Counted from the first letter of the stretch, positions 36,310-49,829 are shown. The stretch is 64,000 bases of DNA from Heterodontus francisci (GCF_036365525.1 NC_090410.1:12072062-12136061); one strand, 5' to 3'. Numbers and translations: made by a program. Notes: generated by a model not told the origin, from the sequence alone.

Positions 36310-36530
36310 CTGTCGGGTCTGTTCTGGAGCAGTATCTTCACCTCCTCCCGGTCTCCAATCACAGGCAATCGGTTTTCAGCAAGAACCTGGTACAACTTTT
36401 TTTTTGATGCTACATGAGGAGGGGGGGGAGGAGGAGGAGGCAGTCGTGACCATTCCGAACTGTCAGACTTGTCTTCGCTGGGTTTTTCCCCCATCTCTTG
36501 TGCCATTTTGAAGTGTAGGAGGCTGGACAT
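36310..36530 (-). CDS. ACTMAP: ACTMAP first coding exon
   Basis: Acceptor gacag at 36546, Kozak-like CCCACCATG, poly-Pro then KLYQVLAENRLPVIGDREEVKILLQNRPD, donor gtaaac; six exons join to 939 nt (312 aa). Confidence 0.87.
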
Positions 36531-36839
36531 GGTGGGAGCTGGTTTCTGTCAGTCCATCATTCAATACTTTTGGGCCTCGTGCTGATAAATTTTACTGTCT
36601 CTTGATAGCAACTCTCCTTGCCAGTCAGTTTCCTCAATGATCAGGACATCCAGGGTCACAGACAATGAGTTATGACACTTGTATAGGGAAAAAAATAGAG
36701 TTACTCAGTCCAAAAACTAGTCCTGCATCTTTAATGAGGGAGTTATGGTAGGGGGAAGGAGTGGGGAGGGGTGAAGTGGGAGAGTGAGTGAAGTGGTGTT
36801 GGGGGGGGGGGGGGGGAGGGTGGAGTGGGGGTGGTGTTG

Positions 36840-37780
36840 CTTTAGATTGGAAAATAAAGCTTGTTACTCGCTGTTTGAGAAAGGTGACAGAGGGAATTAT
36901 AAACCAGTTAGCCTAACATCTGTTGTCAGGAAATTGCTAGAGTTTATAATTAAGGATAGGGTTTCTGAATTTTCAGTTGATCAGAGAGAACCAGCTTGGA
37001 TTTCCAAAGGGTAGGTCATGTCTGACAAACCTGATTGAATTTTTTGAAAGGTGACTAAAGTAGCGAACAGGGTAATTGCTATGGATGTTATTTATTTATA
37101 TGGACTTGCAGAAAGCATTTGATAAAGAGACTGTTAACTAAAGTTAATTGGAATTAAAGACAAATTATTAACCTGGTTAGGAAATTAGCTGAGTGGCCAG
37201 AGACAGCAGGAATAATTGACAGTATGTGATTAGTGATATCTCGCAAGGATCTGTGTTGGGGCCTCAACTATTCTCTGTATTTATTAACAACTTGCATGAT
37301 AGGATAGAAAGCCACATATACAAATTTGCAGATGACAAAACGATAGGTGGCATTGTAAGCAGTGTAGATGGAAGCATAAAATTACAAAGAGATATTGATA
37401 GATTAAATCAATGGGCAAAACTGTGGCGAATGGATTTCAATGTAGGCAAAAGTGAATCACCCATTAGACCTAAAAAGGATAGAGCAGGGTACTTTCTAAT
37501 AGTAAAAAGCTAGAAACAGTGGAAGTCCAAAGATACATAGATCATTAAATGTCAAAAAGGCTAATGCCATGTTGGCTTTCATATCTAGAGGACTACAAGA
37601 CAAAAGGCTAAAATTTATGCTACTGGTTAGACCACACCGGGAGTACTGTGAGCAGTTCTTGCTAGAAGAGATACAAAAACTAGGGCTATATTCCCTGCAA
37701 TTTAGAAGGCTCCGGGGTGACTGAAATTTTCAAGATATTATGGGGAACGGATAGGGTAGATAGAAATTATTTCCACTGGT
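36840..37780 (+). mobile_element. Degenerate CR1 RT fragment
   Basis: NYKPVSLTSVV, SQGSVLGPQLF, KFADD motifs. Confidence 0.82.
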
Positions 37781-37782
37781 TG

Positions 37783-38080
37783 GGAGGGATAGGGGTAGGT
37801 TGGGGGGTGGATGGGGAACAGGTGAGGGAAAGGTTGTTTGGGATTTGGGGTGGTTGGATGGGGGAAGGGGGGAGGGAGGATGGGTGGGGGTAAGGATAGG
37901 TTGGGGATTGCAAGTGTTTAGGGTGGATGAGTGGGGGAAGGGGAAGATTGGGGGTTGGCTGCGGGAAAGAGTTAGGGATGGGTGGGGGGAAGGGTAGGTT
38001 GGCGATTGGAAGAGTTTGGGGTCGATTGGGGGTTGGAAGGGGTTTGTGCATGGGTGGGGGGAAGGGTAGGTTGGGTGTCG
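37783..38080 (+). repeat. G-rich low-complexity tract (G-quadruplex-prone)
   Basis: Dozens of G3-G6 runs over about 300 bp. Confidence 0.8.
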
Positions 38081-38119
38081 GTGATAGGCACCCTCATGTG
38101 GACTGGACAGAAAGGAACG

Positions 38120-38760
38120 CCCTCCGCTTGATTGACATCTGAACCAGCCAATCAGCTCAGCACATCGGGTTCGTCACCCAATTAGCCATAAAACGTGATT
38201 AGATTATAAAAACCGGAAAGCAAGCAGCTGAAGCTTTGCGGCCTGAGAGGGACATGAAACCGCCGGAGAAACAAGAACAACCAAGTCTGTGAGGCCGCAT
38301 TCCACCGTTGGCGCGTTTATTTCTTAGTTGACTGACAGTTTCCGAAGCCAATCGGTAAGCGGATTGCTGACAGGATCGGCCAATTAGGAGTGGATGGGGG
38401 CGGAACATCCGGTTGGGGGCGAGGGGGCGGTTTGACGGTTGGAATCCGGGACAATCCGTGTCAATCGGTGAGTTCGCGGCGCTATTGGCGGCGGAGAGCC
38501 CGCGGGGGTGCTTTACCCCAACCGTCCCCGTGTGCGGCGGCCGATTTTGCGATCCGAAACGTGCCCGAAGAGCCGCGATCTTACCGCTTTTGTCCGGAGC
38601 AGGCCTCTGGCGGCCCGCAGCGAGGGGGTCGGGGGGGGTTAAAGGTCTGACGGCCGGCTGGTAGCTTCCGGTTCACGGCCGGCGAGGCGGGGTGAGGCAC
38701 CGATCCTGGCGGCGGGCAGGAGAGAGTGGGGTTGCCTTGGCTCTGGCGGAGGGTGTTCGA
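38120..38760. promoter_or_regulatory. CpG-rich bidirectional promoter ACTMAP/SNRPA
   Basis: High CpG density; CCAAT at 38148, 38178, 38348, 38380, ATTGG 38484; GC boxes GGGGCGG near 38397 and 38424; ETS-like CTTCCGG 38665; candidate first-exon donors at 38584 (-) and 38692 (+). Confidence 0.8.
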
Positions 38761-39181
38761 GCTACCCTAGTGGAGAGGGGAGGTGTGGGCTGCCCACCCT
38801 GTGGGGGAGAGGGGGTTATTTGGGCTGCCCGAGCTCTTGGGGAGGGGAAAAGGGGTCCTAGCCCACATTCCCCTTCTTCTCCCCCCCCCCCCCCCCCCCC
38901 CAAATCACCGGTTTAAGATCCACCCTGTGCTGCAAGCCTTTGAACCCTGGAGGTAGTGTTAGTGGGTCAGGTAGGGATGTACCAGGCAGTCCGGCCTTGC
39001 CCTGAGCAAATCCTCAGGTCTGTTGTCTACTCTCGTATTGGGATGGTTTCACTTGCACATATAGCGCTGGCATGCTGAGCCACCTTGGTGTATTCATTCA
39101 ACTACACGGTTGGCACTTCAGCCAGGTGTGGATGGTAGGCTCCCTTTCTGAAGATCATCAGTGAAACTATCTTTGGTCACA

Positions 39182-39530
39182 GGGCGGCACAGTGGCGCAG
39201 TGGTTAGCACCGCAGCCTCACAGCTCCAGCGACCCGGGTTCAATTCTGGGTACTGCCTGTGTGGAGTTTGCAAGTTCTCCCTGTGTCTGTGTGGGTTTCC
39301 TCCAGGTGCTCCGGTTTCCTCCCACATGCCAAAAGACTTGCAGGTTGATAGGTAAATTGGCCATTATAAATTGTCCCTAGTTTAGGTAGGTGGTAGGGAA
39401 ATATAGGGACAGGTGGGGATGTGGTAGGAATATGGAATTAGTGAGGGTTAGTATAAATGGGTGGTTGATGGTCGGCACAAACTCGGTGGGCCGAAGGGCC
39501 TGTTTCAGTGCTGTATCTCTAAACTAAACT
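39182..39530 (+). mobile_element. Full-length HE1-like V-SINE
   Basis: GGGCGGCACAGTGGCGCAGTGGTTAGCAC head, V-domain, CR1-type tail. Confidence 0.92.
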
Positions 39531-39725
39531 TGTTTGAACCAAAATGTTGCCACTGTTGGGTTTGAATTCAGGACCTCTTGAGTTGAGTTCTGTATGATGA
39601 TTTTTTTGCCCTACTGGAATAAGAGGAACTTAGTCTAGTCACTCTGCAAAAAACAATCAGGCTGTGACTTTCATTTTGTGCTTTTTCTGTCATTTTTGAA
39701 TTTCAGATAACGCCAGTTGACAGCC

Positions 39726-39798
39726 ATGTCTGCCCAAGAGGCCCGTCCAAACCACACCATCTACATCAACAATCTAAATGAGAAGATTAAAAAAGATG
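39726..39798 (+). CDS. SNRPA: SNRPA (U1 snRNP protein A) first coding exon
   Basis: Acceptor at 39706, [30 protein letters not shown], donor gtaatt. Confidence 0.96.
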
Positions 39799-39898
39799 GT
39801 AATTACTCGGGGATGGAGCTGGGGTAGCAGTGTGTTGAGTTAACCAGTTGGACATAAGAGCATTTGGATACAGCGATTACAGAATTTTACAGCACGGG

Positions 39899-40234
39899 GT
39901 GCGCAGTGGTTAGCACCGCAGCCTCACAGCTCCAGCGACCCGGGTTCAATTCTGGGTACTGCCTGTGTGGAGTTTGCAAGTTCTCCCTGTGTCTGCGTGG
40001 GTTTTCTCCAGGTGCTCCGGTTTCCTCCCACAAGCCAAAAGACTTGCAGGTTGGTAGGTAAATTGGCCATTATAAATTGCCCCTAGTATAGGTAGGTGGT
40101 AGGGAAATATAGGGACAGGTAGGGATGTGGTAGGAATATGGGATTAGTGTAGGATTAGTATAAATGGGTGGTTGATGGTCGGCACAGACTTGTTGGGCCG
40201 AAGGGCCTGTTTCAGTGCTGTATCTCTAAACTAA
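39899..40234 (+). mobile_element. HE1-like V-SINE
   Basis: Near-identical to the 39182 copy. Confidence 0.92.
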
Positions 40235-40607
40235 AGAAATGCTATTTGACCCAATTGGTCCATGCAAGTTTCCTCAACCTCTTCGCCTTGCTCTATCAAC
40301 ATGGCCTATTCCTTTCTCCCTCATGCTTATCTACCTTCCCATAATGGCAGTTTGACTCAGCTATTCCCTGTGGTAGCAAATTCCACATTCCAACCTTTCA
40401 CAGTTTAAACAAGTTTCTCCTGAATTCCTCATTGGATTTATTGGTAACTACCTTATAATTATTTTTAAGGCAGAGGTAGCTAGATTCTTGATAAGCAAGG
40501 GGGTGGGAATGTGGAGTAATCAGTTCAGCCATGAACTTATTGAATGGCGGAGCAGGCTCGAAGGGCCAAGTGGCCTACTCCTGCTCCTAATTCGTATGGT
40601 CGTATGG

Positions 40608-40815
40608 ACCAGATAAACTTTTTGTGATGTTGATTGAGGGATAAATATTGGTCAGGACACCAGGGAAAACTCTTTGCTCTTCACAATGGTGCCGTAGGCC
40701 TCAGTTTAACATCTCATCCAAAAGATGGCACCTCCGACAGTGCAGCACTCCCTCACTACAGCACTGGAGTGTCCGGCTTGATTTTTATGCTCAAACCCTT
40801 AAATGGGACTTGGAC
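40608..40815 (-). mobile_element. DeuSINE fragment (adjacent CR1 tail at about 40460-40605)
   Basis: GGCACCTCCGACAGTGCAGCACTCCCTCA block in reverse. Confidence 0.7.
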
Positions 40816-41106
40816 CCAGAACCTTGTTGTTTTGAGCCATGGCTGACACTAGTTCGGGCATAATTCTTATTTTTTTTAGAAAAAAATTTGCACCTTCTCC
40901 AGTGTGTTTTATATTCTTGTAATAAAGACACCAGAACCATACATGGCATGGCACAATATGAGTAATGATATTTAACATCAACCAGATTTACCAGACATTA
41001 ATGAATTTAAATTGTGGTTTTCACTAGTGAATGAAAACTGACCGGAGATATTAAAGTCTGGCTGTACTTGCAGCTATAGGCTGAGTTGAAGCAGAAACCG
41101 ATTTGA

Positions 41107-41376
<270 letters not shown>

Positions 41377-41882
41377 TGATCTAAACATTCCACTGATGCA
41401 GTCAGGCTGTGACTGATGAGTGCATAGAATTTACAATTCTGCCCAATAGGCTGCACGAGAGTCTAACCCCATCAACATATCCTTCTATTCTTTCTCCCTC
41501 GTTCTTATCTAGCTTCCCCTTAAATACATCTATGCCATTGGCCTCAACTGTTCCGTGTGGTAGCAGGTTGTTATTGGAGCAGAGAAAGTCAAGGGGAGAT
41601 TTGATAGCAATTTCAGCTCTGATCGGTCTGACGTCCTCATGCCAGCTGTCAGAGTGAAACTGACTGACTCAGTCCAGCCACTGCTGCTTTACATTTCCTC
41701 ACCGGCATAAATTGTAATCTGTTTGTAGAGGATTTTCTTGGCTGCAGAGCAACTTAAAATGTCTGTGCGTGAGTGGAGGCCCATAGAGTTTGGTCTACTA
41801 GATCGCTCTCTCATGGGATAACCCTCGTGCAAATGGCCTGTGGTGTTCCAGTGGTTTAACGTATCTTTCCCCTTGTCAACAG

Positions 41883-42050
41883 CGGATTCAGTATGCAAAG
41901 ACTGATTCTGATATTATTGCCAAGATGAAGGGCACCTATGTGGAACGTGACCGAAAGAAGGAAAAGAGGAAGGTAAAGGCTCCTGAACCTTCTGGCAACA
42001 AGAAGGCTTCGGCAGCCCCCACAGCCAACTCTGTACCCCCTCCTGTCTCG
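41883..42050 (+). CDS. SNRPA: SNRPA coding exon 3
   Basis: [30 protein letters not shown]; aacag/gtaagt. Confidence 0.96.
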
Positions 42051-42991
42051 GTAAGTCTGATCGTCTCTGATCTGGTTATGGAGATACCCGTGACTGGATG
42101 TGAATGAGCAACTGAAGTAACCTCTTTCCTCATTCAGAAAAGGGGTATGGCACATGTATTGGATGAAGTCTTAATCTGAGGTGGCAACTCTTGTCCGAAG
42201 CATAACCCCAAAGGGATATTGGCTGGGGGTGGGTTATTTGAAGTCCAGACGAATTCTGTCCAGCTGTCTTCCCCGCCCTTCCCCCACACTACTGTCCCGT
42301 GATCCTCAATGAGGGTATTGATTACTGCTGCACTCAATTGGCTAACTCTGAATGAGGCCTTCCTAGTCAGCTTGACATGTACTGCCCTTTCTGGCTCACC
42401 AGTCACTATTTCTTTCCAAATGAATTTGTAGTGTTATTCGCTTGATTTAAAGGCAACATTTGATGTAATAGAAATTGGTTTTAAAGAACATTCCCTACTG
42501 GATTTTTGACGTTCATGTCTTTCTATTACAAGAACTCCCTGTATTTAGTAGTGCCAGTTAAATGGGTCTGCCCTGCCGGTGAATATTCTCCAGTTCAGTT
42601 GCTGGTTTCTCTGTCTCTACAGGACAAGCTAGGCCAAAAGCAATCAAAACATTAGTTTGGCATGTTTACACTTGGCCCTGCCATCCTTTTTTTTACTTTT
42701 GTGTTTCTCCGCATCCCTTTATACCACCGTTGATGGCTGTGTCTTCAGTCACCTAGGTCCCCTGCTCCTTGAGCCCTGTAAAACCCATCTTTGACCTCGC
42801 TTTTGGTCTTGCTCTTTTCTCCTGACGTATCTTGGATGTTGACACAGTTGGGGGGATGCCATGGTAACAGATTCTTCTGTTTGCATCTAGTTGTTCAGGT
42901 ATAAAATGATTATTGACTCTTGGCTATTGTGTAGATATTGGTGACTTGTTCTGTGAGCTAGTGTCTGTTTATTCACTGCTGTTTGTTCTAG

Positions 42992-43165
42992 GGGATGCCC
43001 ATGATGAACCAGGGCCCACGGATGATGCCAATGCCAGGACAGCCTCACTACATGCCACCACCTGGGATGATGCCACCCCCTGGGATGGCACCTGGCCAGA
43101 TGCCACCAGGTTCCATTCCTCCTGGTCAGATGATGCCTGGGCAGATGCCACCCCCTGCTCAGACG
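42992..43165 (+). CDS. SNRPA: SNRPA coding exon 4 (Pro/Met/Gly-rich linker)
   Basis: [40 protein letters not shown]; ttctag/gtaagt; long linker indicates U1A rather than U2B''. Confidence 0.95.
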
Positions 43166-43587
43166 GTAAGTGTTCGGTCAGTGTGGGAGGTGATACGGTG
43201 ATGGAACTGTTGCTGTACCCGCCCTCTGGGAATTGTAGTCACCCGTGTGCAAACTTGGTAGTTTCCTTAAAGAAAAGTCCTCAGTACAGTGGGGTGCTCC
43301 TTGCTGTCTGGTGAGTGCTCACAAGAAATCTCTTCTATCGGTGAGAGTGTTTTAAGTTAAATGCTTGCGTTTGCAGCTCGGCTTAATTCCTGTTCCTGAC
43401 ATCACCCAGCATTCCAGCACATGGTAGGTGCTCAGTGTCTGCTGGATCGCTGAGCAGCTTTCAGAGCAGAGCAATTAGTCTAGAATATGAGTCACTCATT
43501 GGGGATGTTTGTTGAGGGGATTGTTGGGGGGGGGGGGGGGGTTGCACATGATCTATGCCAGTGTGGAAGGGTAGAGTGCATTGTTTC

Positions 43588-46500
43588 TCATCGTTATACA
43601 GTACAGAAACAGGCCCTTCGGCCCATCGTGTCTGTGCCAGCTGTCAAGCACCTATCTATTCTAATCCCATTTTCCAGCACTTGGCCTGCAGCCTTCTATG
43701 CTATGGTGTTTCAAGTGCTCATCTAAATGCTTCTTAAATATTGAGGGTTCCTGCCTCTACCACCCCTTCAGGCAGTGCGTTCCAGATTCCAACTACCCTC
43801 TGGGTGAAAAGATTTTTCCTCAAATCCCTCTAAATCTCCTGCCCCTTATCTTAATCTATGCCCCCTGGTTATTGTCCCCTCCACTAAAGGAGAAAGTTTC
43901 TTCCTATCTATCCTATCAATGCCCCTCATAATTTTGTATACCTCAATCAGGTCCCCCCTCAGCCTTCTCTGCTCTAAAGAAAACAACCCTAACCTAGCCA
44001 GTCTCCTCATAGCTGAAATGCTCCAGCCCAGGCAATATCCTGGTGAATCTCCTCTGCACCCTCTCCAGTGCAATCACATCCTTCCTATAGTGCGGTGACC
44101 AGAACTGTACACAGTACTCCAGCTGTGGCCTAACTAGCTGTATTTATACAACTCCATCATAACCTCCCTGCTCTTGTATTCTATGCCTTGGCTAATAAAG
44201 GCAAGTATCCCATATGCCTTCCTAACCACCTGATCTAACTGTGCTGTTGCCTTCAGTGATCTATGCACAAGTGCACCAAGGTCCCCCTTTACTTCATAGG
44301 GTCCTACCATCCATTGTATATTCCCTTGCCTTGTTAGTCTTCCCAAAATGCATCACCTCTCAGTACCTCTCAGGATTAAATTCCATTGCCACTGCTCTGC
44401 CCATCTTACCAGCCCATCTATATCATCCTGCAATCGAAGGCTTTCCTCCTCACTATTTAGGACAACACCAATTTTTGTGTCATTTGCGAACTTACTGATC
44501 ATACCTCCTATATTCACTTCTAAATCATTAATGTACACTACAAACAGCAAGGGTCCTGGCACTGATCCCTGCAGTACACCACTGGTCATAGGCTTCCACT
44601 TGTATAAACAACCCTTGACCATTACCCTCTGCCTCCTGCCCTAAGCCAATTTTGGTTCCAATTTGCCAAATTGCCCTGCATCCCTTGGGCTCTTATCTTC
44701 ACCAATCTCCCAAGCGGGACCTAATTAAAGCCTTACTGAAGTAGACTACATCAACAGCTTTACCCGCATCTACACATCTAGTCACCTCCTTGAAAAATAC
44801 AAAGAACAGTACAGCACAGGAACGGGCCATTCAGCCCTCCAACCCTGTGCCAATCTTGATGCCTGCCTAAACTAAAACCTTCTGCACTTCCAGGGTCTGT
44901 ATCCCTCTATTCCCATCCTATTCATGTATTTGTCAAGATGCCTCTTAAATGTCTCTATGGTACCTGCTTCCACCACCTCCCCCGGCAACAAGTTCCAGGC
45001 ACTCACCACCCTCTGTGTAAAGAACTTGCCTCGCACATCCCCTCTAAACTTTGTCCCTCGCACCTTAAACCTATGTCCCCTAGTAACTGACTCTTCCACC
45101 CTGGGAAAAAGCTCTGACTATCCACTCTATCCATGCCGCTCATAACTTTGTAAACCTCTATCATGTCGCCCCTCCACCTCCATCGTTCCAGTGAAAACAA
45201 TCCGAGTTTATCCAACCTCTCCTCATAGCTAATGCCCTCCAGACCAGGCAACATCCTGGTAAACCTCTTCTGTACCCTCTCCAAAGCCTCCACGTCCTTC
45301 TGGTAGTGTGGCGACCAGAATTGCACACAATATTCTAAGTGTGGCCTAACTAAAGTTCTGTACAGCTGCAGCATGACTTGCCAATTTTTATACTCTATGC
45401 CCCGACCGATGAAGGCAAGCATGCCATATGCCTTCTTGACTACCTTATCCACATCCATTGCCACTTTCAGTGACCCGTGGACCTGTATGCCCAGATCTCT
45501 CTGCCTGTCAATACTCCTAAGGGTTCTGCCATTTACTGTATACCTCCCACCTGCATTAGACCTTCCAAAATGCATTACCTCACCTTTGTCCGGATTAAAC
45601 TCCATCTGCCATTTCTCCGCCCAAGTCTCCAACCGATCTATATCCTGCTGTATCCTCTGACAATCCTCATCACTGTCCGCAACTCCACCAACCTTTGTGT
45701 TGTCCGCAAACTTACTAATCAGACCAGCTACATTTTCCTCCAAATCATTTATATATACTACAGAGCAAAGGTACCAGCACTGATCCCTGCGGAACACCAC
45801 TAGTCACAGCTCTCCATTCAGAAAAGCACCCTTCCACTGCTACCCTCTGTCTTCTGTGACCGAGCCAGTTCTGTACCCATCTTGCCAGCTCCCCTCTGAT
45901 CCCATGTGACTTCACCTTTTTGTACCAGTCTGCCATGAGGGACCTTGTCAAAGGCTTTACTGAAGTCCATATAGATAACATCCACTGCCCTTCCTTCATC
46001 AATCATCTTCATCACTTCCTCAAAAAACTCAATCAAATTAGTGAGACACGACCTCCCCTTCACAGAACCATGCTGCCTCTTGCTAATAAGTCCGTTTGTT
46101 TCCAAATGGGGGTAAATCCTGTCCCGAAGAATCCTCTCTAATAATTTCCCTACCACTGACGTAAGGCTCACCGGCCTATAATTTCCTGGATTATCCTTGC
46201 CACCCTTCTTAAACAAAGGCACAACATTGGCTATTCTCCAGTCCTCTGGGACCTCACCTGTAACCAATGAGGATACAAAGATTTCTGTCAAGGCCCCAGC
46301 AATTTCTTCCCTTGCCTCCCTCAGTATTCTGGGGTAGATCCCATCAGGCCCTGGGGACTTATCTACCTTAATGCTTTGCAAGACACTCAACACCACCTCC
46401 TTTTTGATAATGAGATGACTGAGACTATCTGCACTCCCTTCCCTCGGCTCATCATCCACCAAGTCCTTCTCCTTGGTGAATACTGATGCAAAGTACTCAT

Positions 46501-49500
46501 TTAGTACCTCACCCATTTCCTCTGGCTCCACACATAGATTCCCTTCTCTGTCCTTGAGTGGGCCAACCCTTTCCCTGGTTACCCTCTTCCTCTTTATATA
46601 CGTATAAAAAGCCTTGGGATTTTCCTTAATCCTGTTTGCCAATGACTTTTCATGACCCCTGTTAGCCCTCCTGACTCCTTGCTTAAGTTCCTTCCTACTG
46701 TCTTTATATTCCTCAAGGGATTCGTCTGTTCCTAGCCTTCCAACCCTTATGAATGCTTCCTTTTTCTTTTTGACGAGGCTCACAATATCCCGTGTTATCC
46801 AAGCTTCCCGAAACTTGCCAAACTTATCCTCCTTCCTCACAGGAACATGCTGGTCCTGGATTCTAATCAACTGATGTTTGAAAGACTCGCACATGTCAGA
46901 TGTTGATTTACCCTCAAAAAGCTGCCCCCAATCTAAATTCTTCAGTTCCTGCCTAATATTGTTATAATTAGCCTTCCCCCAATTTAGCACCTTCACCCGA
47001 GGACTACTCTTATCCTTATCCACAAGTACCTTAAAACTTATGGAATTATGGTCACTGTTCCCGAAATGCTCCCCTACTGAATCTTCAACCACCTGGCCGG
47101 GCTCATTCCCCAATACCAGGTCCAGTACAGCCCCATCCCTCGTTGGACTATCTACATACTGTTTCAAGAAGCCCTCCTGGATGCTCCTTACAAATTCTGC
47201 CCCATCCAAGCCCCGAGCACTAAGTGAGTCCCAGTCAATATAGGGGAAGTTAAAATCACCCACCACTACAACCCTGTTACCTTTACATCTTTCCAAAATC
47301 TGTCTACATATCTGCTCCTCTACCTCCTGCTGGCTGTTGGGAGGCCTGTAGTAAACCCCCAACATCGTGACTGCACCTTTCCTATTCCTGAGCTCCACCC
47401 ATATTGCCTCGCTGCATGACCCCTCCGAGGTGTCCTCCCGCAGTACAGCTGTGATATTCTCCTTAACCAGTAATGCAACTTCCCCACCGCTTTTACATCC
47501 CCCTCTATCCCGTCTGAAGCTTCTAAATCCTGGTACTTTTAGCTGCCAATCCTGTTCTTCACTCAACCAAGTCTCTGTAATAGCAACAACATCATAGTTC
47601 CAAGTACTAATCCAAGCTCTAAGTTCATCTGCCTTACTTGTTCTACTTCTCTCATTGAAACAAATGCACTTCAGACCACCAGTCCCGCTGTGCTCCGCAA
47701 CATCGCCCTGCCTGCTCTTCCTCTTAGTCTTACTGGGCTTATTTACTAGTTCCCCCTCATTTATTTCACTTGCTGTCCTACTGCTCTGGTTCCCACCCTC
47801 TTGCCACACTAGTTTAAACCCTCCCGAGTGACGCTAGCAAACCTCGCAGCCAGGATATTTGTGCCCCTCCAGTTTAGATGCAACCCACCCTTCTTGTACA
47901 GGTCCCATCTGTCCCTGAAGAGATCCCAATGGTCCAGATATCTGAAACCCTCCCTTCTACATCAGCTGTTCAGCCATGTGTTTAGCTGTGTGTTCAATCA
48001 AGTTAGTTAGACGTGAGCTCCCCCTGACAAAGCCGTGCTGACTATCCATGATTAATCCCTGCCTCTCTAAGTGGAGATTAATCCTGTCCCTCAGAATTTT
48101 TTTCCAATAGTTTCCCTACCACTGACAGACTTGCTGGCCTGTAATTACCTGTTTTATCCCTGCTACCCTACTTGAATAATGGTACCACATTCGTTGGCAT
48201 CTCTCTGGCCATAGGATTTGAAAATTTGTGTCTGAGCCCCTGCTATCTCCCCCCTTGCCTCACTTAACGGCCTGGGATACATCTCATCTGGGCCTGGGGA
48301 TTTATCCACTTTTTTATGCCTGCTAAAACAGCTAATACTCCCTCCCTTTCAATTCTAATCTGTTCAACTATATCACAATCCCCCTCCCTGATCTCGATAC
48401 CTACAGCATCCTTCTCCATAGTGAACACAGATGAGAAGTTATCATTTAAAACCTCACCTATATCCTATGGCTCCACACACACATTGCCACTTTGGTCCCT
48501 AATGGACCCTACTCTTTCTCTGGTTATCCTCTTGCCCTTGATATACTTAAAACGCCTTACGATTTTCCTTTACCTTGCCCGCCAGTATTTTTTCATGTCC
48601 CCTCTTCGCTCTCCTGATTACTTTTTTAAGTACCCCCCTACACTTTCTATACTCCTCTAGTGCCTCTGCTGTTTTCAGCGCTTTGAATTTGCCATAAGCC
48701 TCCTTGTTTTTCCTTCTCCAATCCTCTATCACTTGACATCCAGGATTCCCTAGACTTGTTGGTCCTACCCTTCACTTTTAAGGGAACATGTTAGCGCTGA
48801 ACACTCCATTCCTTTTTGAATGACTCCCACTAGTCTGACATAGATATTCCTACAGATAGCTGCTCCCAGTCCACTTTGGCCAGATCCTGTTTTATCATAT
48901 TGAAATCGACCTTCTGCCAATTCAGTACTTTTATTTCTGGTCCCTCTTTGTCCTTTTCCATAACTACCTTTTAAATCTTACAGAATTATGGTCAGTATCC
49001 CCGAAATGCTCCCCCACTGACACTTCTATTACTTGTCCGACTTCATTCCCTAAGATTAGGTCCAGTACTGCCCCTTCTCTTTTAGGACTTTCTACATGCT
49101 AGGTCAAAAAGCTCTCCTCTATGCATTTTAGGAATTCCACCCCCTTTAAGCCTTTTGCACGATGACAATCCCAGTTGATATTGGAGAAGTTGAAATCCCC
49201 TACTATTATTACCCTATTATTTTTACACCTCTCTGAGATTTTACTACGTATCTGCTCCTCTATCGCTCCCTGACTGTAGTAGAGTCCCAGCCAAGTGTTT
49301 GCTCCTTTTTGTTCTTAAGTTCTACCCATATGGCCTCATTTGAGGAACCTTCTAAGATATCATCCCTTCTTACTGCAGTAATTGACTCCTTGATCAACAG
49401 TGCAATGCCACCTCTTTTACACTCTCCCCTGTCACACATGAAGATTCTATACCCTGGAATATTGAGCTGCCAGCCCTGCCCTTCCCGCGACTATGCCTCT

Positions 49501-49635
49501 GTGATAGCAATAATATCATATTCCCATGTATTAATCAACGGCCTCCATTCATCTGCCTTATTAGTAAGGCTCCTTGCGTTAAAATAGATGCAATCCAGCC
49601 TTGCATTGTTAGCTTGTGCCTTAACAGGTCGATAT
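43588..49635 (-). mobile_element. CR1 LINE (older subfamily) split by a nested younger CR1
   Basis: 3' tail near 43590, RT ORFs 43846-44622, resumes at about 47993 and runs through the endonuclease start (ORF 49491..49760 YFNARS). Confidence 0.9.
44798..47992 (-). mobile_element. Young CR1 LINE with almost complete ORF2 (few frameshifts), same subfamily as 1-2878
   Basis: ORF 45818..47809 (663 aa endonuclease-RT), then 45745..46002, 45003..45800, 44872..45099; 5'-truncated in ORF1. Confidence 0.95.
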
Positions 49636-49740
49636 TTGAGGGGCTGCTTGTATTGAGTGCGAGAAGGGGGCTGTCTGGGGGTGGGGCTTGTTGCCATGGT
49701 TTTATGCTGCAATGTTAACTGCCATCCTTCTGGTTTCCAG

Positions 49741-49829
49741 GTGCCTGAGAATCCACCCAATCACATCCTCTTCTTAACTAATCTGCCTGAGGAGACAAAT
49801 GAGCTGATGTTGTCCATGCTTTTTAATCA
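49741..49829 (+). CDS. SNRPA: SNRPA coding exon 5 (RRM2 start)
   Basis: [30 protein letters not shown]; ttccag/gtgagt. Confidence 0.97.

Noticed and set aside
37767-38142. Pro-rich and Gly-rich ORFs
   Set aside because: Translations of the G-run tract
39182-39255. tRNA gene (also at other SINE heads)
   Set aside because: A/B boxes run into a V-domain and LINE tail; no complete cloverleaf or T-run terminator
45818-47809. Domesticated or novel reverse-transcriptase gene
   Set aside because: Ordinary CR1 ORF2, frameshifted before the catalytic FADD region and 5'-truncated
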